DNA of 64,000 nucleotides from Puniceicoccales bacterium (GTDB lineage Bacteria; Verrucomicrobiota; Verrucomicrobiia; Opitutales; JAIRLM01): NCBI GenBank assembly GCA_031259325.1, contig JAIRLM010000022.1, positions 4,384 to 68,383 of the forward strand, read 5' to 3'. Shown piece by piece: positions 60,129 to 64,000 of this stretch (position 1 is its first letter; each line of letters starts with the position of its first letter). The notes under the pieces were generated by a model. It saw only the letters and a program-made list of their open reading frames with translations, ran no database searches and was not told where the DNA came from. The position numbers and the translations under genes were made by a program.

Positions 60129-61235
60129 ATGCGGGCGGAATGTGGAGCGTTATTGAGTCCGAGTTTGTTGGGCATGCCGGCGTCCTACGGAATAAAAAAT
60201 GCCGCCTTTTTGCGTTTATTTTGCTTAATATCAGCAAATTGCTTGCCTCATAAAAATATCGACAATTATAAAGAATGTCATCCGGTGGTCGTGGTTAAGG
60301 GTTTAGAAGCGGAAACAACGGTTCATGTGCCGGTTTTCGTGGCGGAAGTAATTGAAGCATTTAAACTTACGTCTGCCGTTACCTTTTTGGACGCGACCAT
60401 CGGAGGCGGTGGACACGCGCGGGCAATTTTGAAAGCATTCCCGGAGGCAAATTTGTGGGGAATGGACCGGGACCCGTACGCCATCGAAAGGGTCGCAAAG
60501 TATCTACCACAACATCGCGTTCACCTGTGCAACGACAATTTTTCCCAACTCGACCGCCTGCCGCAGAAAACTTTTGACGGAATCCTCTTTGATTTTGGCC
60601 TGTCCTCCGACCAACTTAACATACCAGAGCGCGGGTTTTCCTTCCGTTCCGACGGGCCTTTAGACATGCGCATGGATCCAACGAAGGGGATTTCAGCCGC
60701 GCAATTCTTAAACACAGCTCCGCGGGAAGTGCTCGCGCAAGCCATTCGGGATTTTGGAGAAGAGCCCCACTGGAGGCGGATTGTGGATGCCATATGGAAC
60801 GCGCGCGGGACGAATCGACTGGATCGGACATCGGCTTTCGCGGAACTGGTTCGCAATGCGCTTCCCAAATACCATTACGGCAAAATCGATCCGGCCACCC
60901 GCACATTTCAAGGAATCCGCATTGCCGTCAACGGGGAATTGGAGGCCATCCAAATGGCGCTTCCAAAGGCGTTCACGGCACTTGCTCCCGGCGGTGTCCT
61001 GGCGGCGATAAGTTTTCATTCCCTGGAAGATCGTTTGGTGAAGCAATTTTTTCGCCAATGGGCGGGGCTTCCGATAACCCGTTGGGACGGGCGCAGCAAG
61101 GACGAGCGCCAACGCCCCCTGGGAAAAATGCAAACAACTAAACCAATTACTCCATCCGCAGCTGAAATTGCGGCAAATCCCCGCAGTCGATCGGCGAAAT
61201 TGCGCGTCTTTCAGAAAGGAGGAGCCTGCCCATGA
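60129..61235 (+). CDS. rsmH: 16S rRNA (cytosine1402-N4)-methyltransferase RsmH (MraW)
   Basis: HVPVFVAEVIEAF, LDATIGGGGHA, DFGLSSDQL, ISFHSLEDR, NPRSRSAKLRV. The true start is likely GTG near 60285-60291. Confidence 0.9.
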   Translation: MRAECGALLSPSLLGMPASYGIKNAAFLRLFCLISANCLPHKNIDNYKECHPVVVVKGLEAETTVHVPVFVAEVIEAFKLTSAVTFLDATIGGGGHARAILKAFPEANLWGMDRDPYAIERVAKYLPQHRVHLCNDNFSQLDRLPQKTFDGILFDFGLSSDQLNIPERGFSFRSDGPLDMRMDPTKGISAAQFLNTAPREVLAQAIRDFGEEPHWRRIVDAIWNARGTNRLDRTSAFAELVRNALPKYHYGKIDPATRTFQGIRIAVNGELEAIQMALPKAFTALAPGGVLAAISFHSLEDRLVKQFFRQWAGLPITRWDGRSKDERQRPLGKMQTTKPITPSAAEIAANPRSRSAKLRVFQKGGACP

Positions 61236-61651
61236 TCATAGGTTCCTCAGCTGTTAAATTTTTTCGCAACAACAAGCGGCGGCTTTTATTGGGGATGACT
61301 CTGATTTTTGCCATTTGGGTGGCCAGTGCGTTTGTCCATGTGTGGTATCGACAGAAGATTTTCATCGTTGGTCAACAGATTCGGGTTCTGGAAAAGGAAA
61401 TTGTTGAACTCCAGCGGAAAGAATCCGTTCTGCGGATAAAAATTGCCAAGCTCCACGATCCGGAACTACTCAAGCGCTATGCGAGCAATCTGCAGGAACC
61501 GCAGCGAGATCGCATTTGCCACGTGGCCATGTATGAGCTGCGTATGGATCGGCGACGTGTCGCCCAGGAATTGGCCACGGGGCGGAAGCGACCCGAGGGA
61601 CACATTTTGTCGCAAAGGATAAATTCGGGAAAAAGCATAACTACGAACTAA
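61232..61651 (+). CDS. ftsL: FtsL-like cell division protein (single TM + coiled coil)
   Basis: Overlaps the rsmH stop. Has a TM (LLLGMTLIFAIWVASAFVHVWY) followed by heptad sequence. The assignment rests on position and architecture. Confidence 0.5.
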   Translation: MIIGSSAVKFFRNNKRRLLLGMTLIFAIWVASAFVHVWYRQKIFIVGQQIRVLEKEIVELQRKESVLRIKIAKLHDPELLKRYASNLQEPQRDRICHVAMYELRMDRRRVAQELATGRKRPEGHILSQRINSGKSITTN

Positions 61652-61704
61652 ACATATGTCTTGCATTTTATGACTCCGTTGGAAGCAATAACACCGTTCG
61701 GATG

Positions 61705-61860
61705 AAAAACCCGGGAGAGAGGCGAAAGCCCGCCGAAGGATGAAAGATCTCAGGCAAAGGGAACCGGTTTTGGACGAACGCTTTGAAGAGTCCCTTAGAT
61801 GGGCACCGGAGGAGAAAGGGCAAGGGCCCGAAGCTCTCAGGTAAAAATACGAAGGATGGA
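61705..61860 (+). promoter_or_regulatory. Tandem glycine riboswitch (two aptamers)
   Basis: Aptamer 1: CCGGGAGAG...CGCCGAAGGA...CTCAGGCAAAGGGAACCGG. Aptamer 2: GAAGAG...GCACCGGAGGAG...CTCTCAGGTAAAAATACGAAGG. Followed by the RBS GGAAGGAGG and the ATG at 61921 of an alanine/glycine:cation symporter. Confidence 0.75.
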
Positions 61861-61920
61861 TATGATAGAATATAAAAATTGTTTATTTTGCGGGGTAACC
61901 GCTAGTGGAAGGAGGCTTCC

Positions 61921-63249
61921 ATGGCCACGCTAGATATGATTATTGGCGCCATTTCCCGGGCGCTTTGGGGGCCACCGCTTATTTTACTGCTCGTTGGAAC
62001 GGGTGTGTACTTTACGTTCAAATTGCGACTGTTGCCGGTGGTCCAATTTCCGCGAGCTATGGAATATGTTTTTCGAAAAGATTCCGGCCAGGGGGATATA
62101 TCCCATTTTGCCGCCCTCTGCACGGCGCTTTCGGCGACCATCGGCACGGGGAATATCGTCGGCGTGGTCACAGCCATCACCATCGGTGGATCCGGAGCCC
62201 TTTTCTGGATGTGGGTGGCCGCATTTTTCGGAATGGCCACCAAGTACGCGGAAGGCTTTCTGGCTATCAAATTCAGACGCGTCGGCGACGACGGAAAAGT
62301 CGCCGGCGGACCCATGCACTACATCGAAATGGGAACCGGGCACCGGTGGCCGGCAAAAATTTTTGCCGTCTGCGGCGTTGGCGTGGCCCTTTTCAGCATT
62401 GGCACGTTTGCCCAAGTAAATTCCATCAACGCCGCCGCTGGCAGCTTCGGAATCCCAACCGCCACATCCACCATTTTGCTCACGCTCTTGGTTTTTCTGG
62501 GCACCTGCGGGGGCATCCGACGCATCGCGTTGCTATCCGAATGGATCGTGCCGGTCATGTGTATTTTCTACATCGGCGCGTCGCTCACCGTGCTGGGCAT
62601 CCACCTGCGCGACCTTCCGCGGACCTTTGGGATGATCATCCAGGGAGCCTTTTGCCCCTCGGCGACCACTGGGGGAGTCGTAGGTGTTGGCCTGCTAACT
62701 GTCATGCAAATGGGCGTGGGCCGGGGAATATATTCCAATGAAGCGGGCTTGGGGAGCGCCGCCATCGCCGCCGCCACTGCGAAAACCAATTCAGCTGTCC
62801 GCCAGGGACTTGTTTGCATGACGGGAGTATTTTTCTCCATCATCATCTGCACTATGACGGGATTGGTTGTGCTCGTAACCCGGGAACAAACGGGACTGTT
62901 CCAAACACCGCTCGAGGGAATTGGCCTGGTTTCCCGGGCATTCAGCGCCAATTTAGGGCAAATGGGCCAACACGTGGTCAATGTGGGAATCATTTTTTTT
63001 GCGTTTACCACCACGCTTGGTTGGAATTACTACGGTGAAAAATGCTTCCAATATCTCTCCGGCGGAAGACGGATGATTTTTTATCGGGCATTATTCATCG
63101 CCATGATTGCCCTGGCCCCACTACTGAAGTTGGGCACCATATTTGCCATCGCGGATATTTGCAATGGACTCATGGCCATTCCCAACCTCATCGGATTGTT
63201 CATGTTACGCAAAATAATCATTAGCGGGACACGGGAAGAATTGGCATAG
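61921..63249 (+). CDS. Alanine/glycine:cation (Na+) symporter, AGCS family
   Basis: ISHFAALCTALSATIGTGNIVGVVTAI and FWMWVAAFFGMATKYAEGFLAIKFR are AGCS hallmarks; 442 aa, polytopic. Confidence 0.9.
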   Translation: MATLDMIIGAISRALWGPPLILLLVGTGVYFTFKLRLLPVVQFPRAMEYVFRKDSGQGDISHFAALCTALSATIGTGNIVGVVTAITIGGSGALFWMWVAAFFGMATKYAEGFLAIKFRRVGDDGKVAGGPMHYIEMGTGHRWPAKIFAVCGVGVALFSIGTFAQVNSINAAAGSFGIPTATSTILLTLLVFLGTCGGIRRIALLSEWIVPVMCIFYIGASLTVLGIHLRDLPRTFGMIIQGAFCPSATTGGVVGVGLLTVMQMGVGRGIYSNEAGLGSAAIAAATAKTNSAVRQGLVCMTGVFFSIIICTMTGLVVLVTREQTGLFQTPLEGIGLVSRAFSANLGQMGQHVVNVGIIFFAFTTTLGWNYYGEKCFQYLSGGRRMIFYRALFIAMIALAPLLKLGTIFAIADICNGLMAIPNLIGLFMLRKIIISGTREELA

Positions 63250-63262
63250 AAAAATAGTATTG

Positions 63263-64000
63263 ATGCAAATGCCACTTTCCGTCATTTGTCCGCCAGTGAA
63301 GGGCAATATACTGACAATTTCGAATGGGCCCGCGCGGCAGCATCCCTGGCGCTATTTATTTCTGTTTGTTGTCATCTATTTGGGCTCCATTGGCATAACC
63401 ATTTTCCTGGCGCCGATGGTTCAAAAATTACTATGGACTTACCATTCCAACAACCCGACGCCCCTAACAAATTATCTGGTTGGAAAGCCGTTTGGGAAGA
63501 TTTTCGACCGCACCTGCTGGATCCCGCTGTCCCTCGGCATTCTCTATCTGCTAAAAACGACCGGATTACTTTCCTTCAAGCGGTTGGGTATAAGTTGGAG
63601 GCATTGCGGCCAGTGGCTACGTTTCTTCACCCTCGGCGCGGCGCTTTCCGTGCTAATTTGCATGGCTCAATTGGTTGCCGCTCCGTGGACTTTTAAAGAT
63701 GAATCCGTGGTAGGCGTTTTGGCCAAAGCATTTGGGTGCGCCGTTCTGGTGAGCACGCTGGAGGAAATCGTATTCCGCGCGCTTATCCCATGCCTAATCC
63801 GCAATGCCATGGGGGCGGTTTTGGCACTCGTGCTAAGCTCGGCTTTTTTTGCCTACGTGCATTTCAAAATCCCGCCGGATGTGGGAAATTTTTACGGCGC
63901 GTCCATTGACCTCGGCCAAAGCGCCGACGTCGGCTGGGCATATTTGACGGGCATTGGAACGACGTTCAGTTGCATTCCCTATTTTTTTCTGTTCACTCTC
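63263..64000 (+). CDS. CPBP family intramembrane glutamic endopeptidase (CAAX protease/Abi-like), 3'-truncated by the window end
   Basis: Manual translation from the ATG at 63263 (alternative 63269) is open to 64000 (246 codons). Absent from the ORF track because there is no stop. Contains the EExxxR motif STLEEIVFRALIP and FFAYVHF. The track ORF at 63286-63696 is in another frame. Confidence 0.7.
   Translation, partial: MQMPLSVICPPVKGNILTISNGPARQHPWRYLFLFVVIYLGSIGITIFLAPMVQKLLWTYHSNNPTPLTNYLVGKPFGKIFDRTCWIPLSLGILYLLKTTGLLSFKRLGISWRHCGQWLRFFTLGAALSVLICMAQLVAAPWTFKDESVVGVLAKAFGCAVLVSTLEEIVFRALIPCLIRNAMGAVLALVLSSAFFAYVHFKIPPDVGNFYGASIDLGQSADVGWAYLTGIGTTFSCIPYFFLFTL

Noticed and set aside
61905-62741. 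278-aa Arg/His-rich + strand ORF and other ORFs overlapping the symporter gene
   Set aside because: They are out-of-frame overlaps of the AGCS transporter ORF (61921-63249), which carries the conserved family motifs. Their composition is not protein-like.
63286-63696. 136-aa track ORF MSASEGQYTDNF...
   Set aside because: A different frame starting at 63263 is open to the window end and encodes a polytopic CPBP protease with the EExxxR motif. The track ORF is an out-of-frame overlap.

Overview
64-kb chromosomal window, roughly 50% GC by eye, from a Gram-negative bacterium (LptF/G permease, MreC and a class-B PBP are present). The taxon cannot be resolved from the sequence alone.

Content: about 50 protein genes, 5 tRNAs (Ser-GCU, Arg-CCG, Tyr-GUA, Phe-GAA, Leu-UAA) and one tandem glycine riboswitch. 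There is no rRNA and no CRISPR.

Housekeeping genes: rsmA, cca, atpB, rbfA-infB-nusA, malQ, alaS, xthA, trxB, hisS, accBC, atpAG, eno, pgk, rpmI-rplT-pheS, hemW, dinB, rsmH-ftsL. Their layout looks rearranged or eroded:
- atpB stands alone, and atpA-atpG lack atpH and atpD.
- rsmH-ftsL are detached from the ftsI-like PBP.
- There is an orphan OppB-like permease and an IS982-type remnant with scattered end repeats.

Notable accessory content:
1. A compact non-flagellar type III secretion sub-operon, sctD-E-F-G-I-J-K-L (31.4-36.4 kb). It has Yersinia virC-like gene order, but no secretin, ATPase or export-gate genes lie in the window.
2. A 770-aa orphan protein (18.9-21.2 kb) with two poly-proline + WH2 modules and acidic/Trp tails. 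This is a WASP-VCA/RickA/TarP-like actin-regulator mimic and a strong candidate effector.
3. A coiled-coil protein of more than 1700 aa running off the left edge (1-5105, minus strand; absent from the ORF track). It has a homogenised array of 75-77-aa repeats.
4. Several AT-richer orphan genes: a 553-aa protein abutting the T3SS operon, a pair of glycine-zipper tail-anchored proteins, and a 519-aa secreted protein.

All functional calls rest on motifs read by eye. No database search was run.
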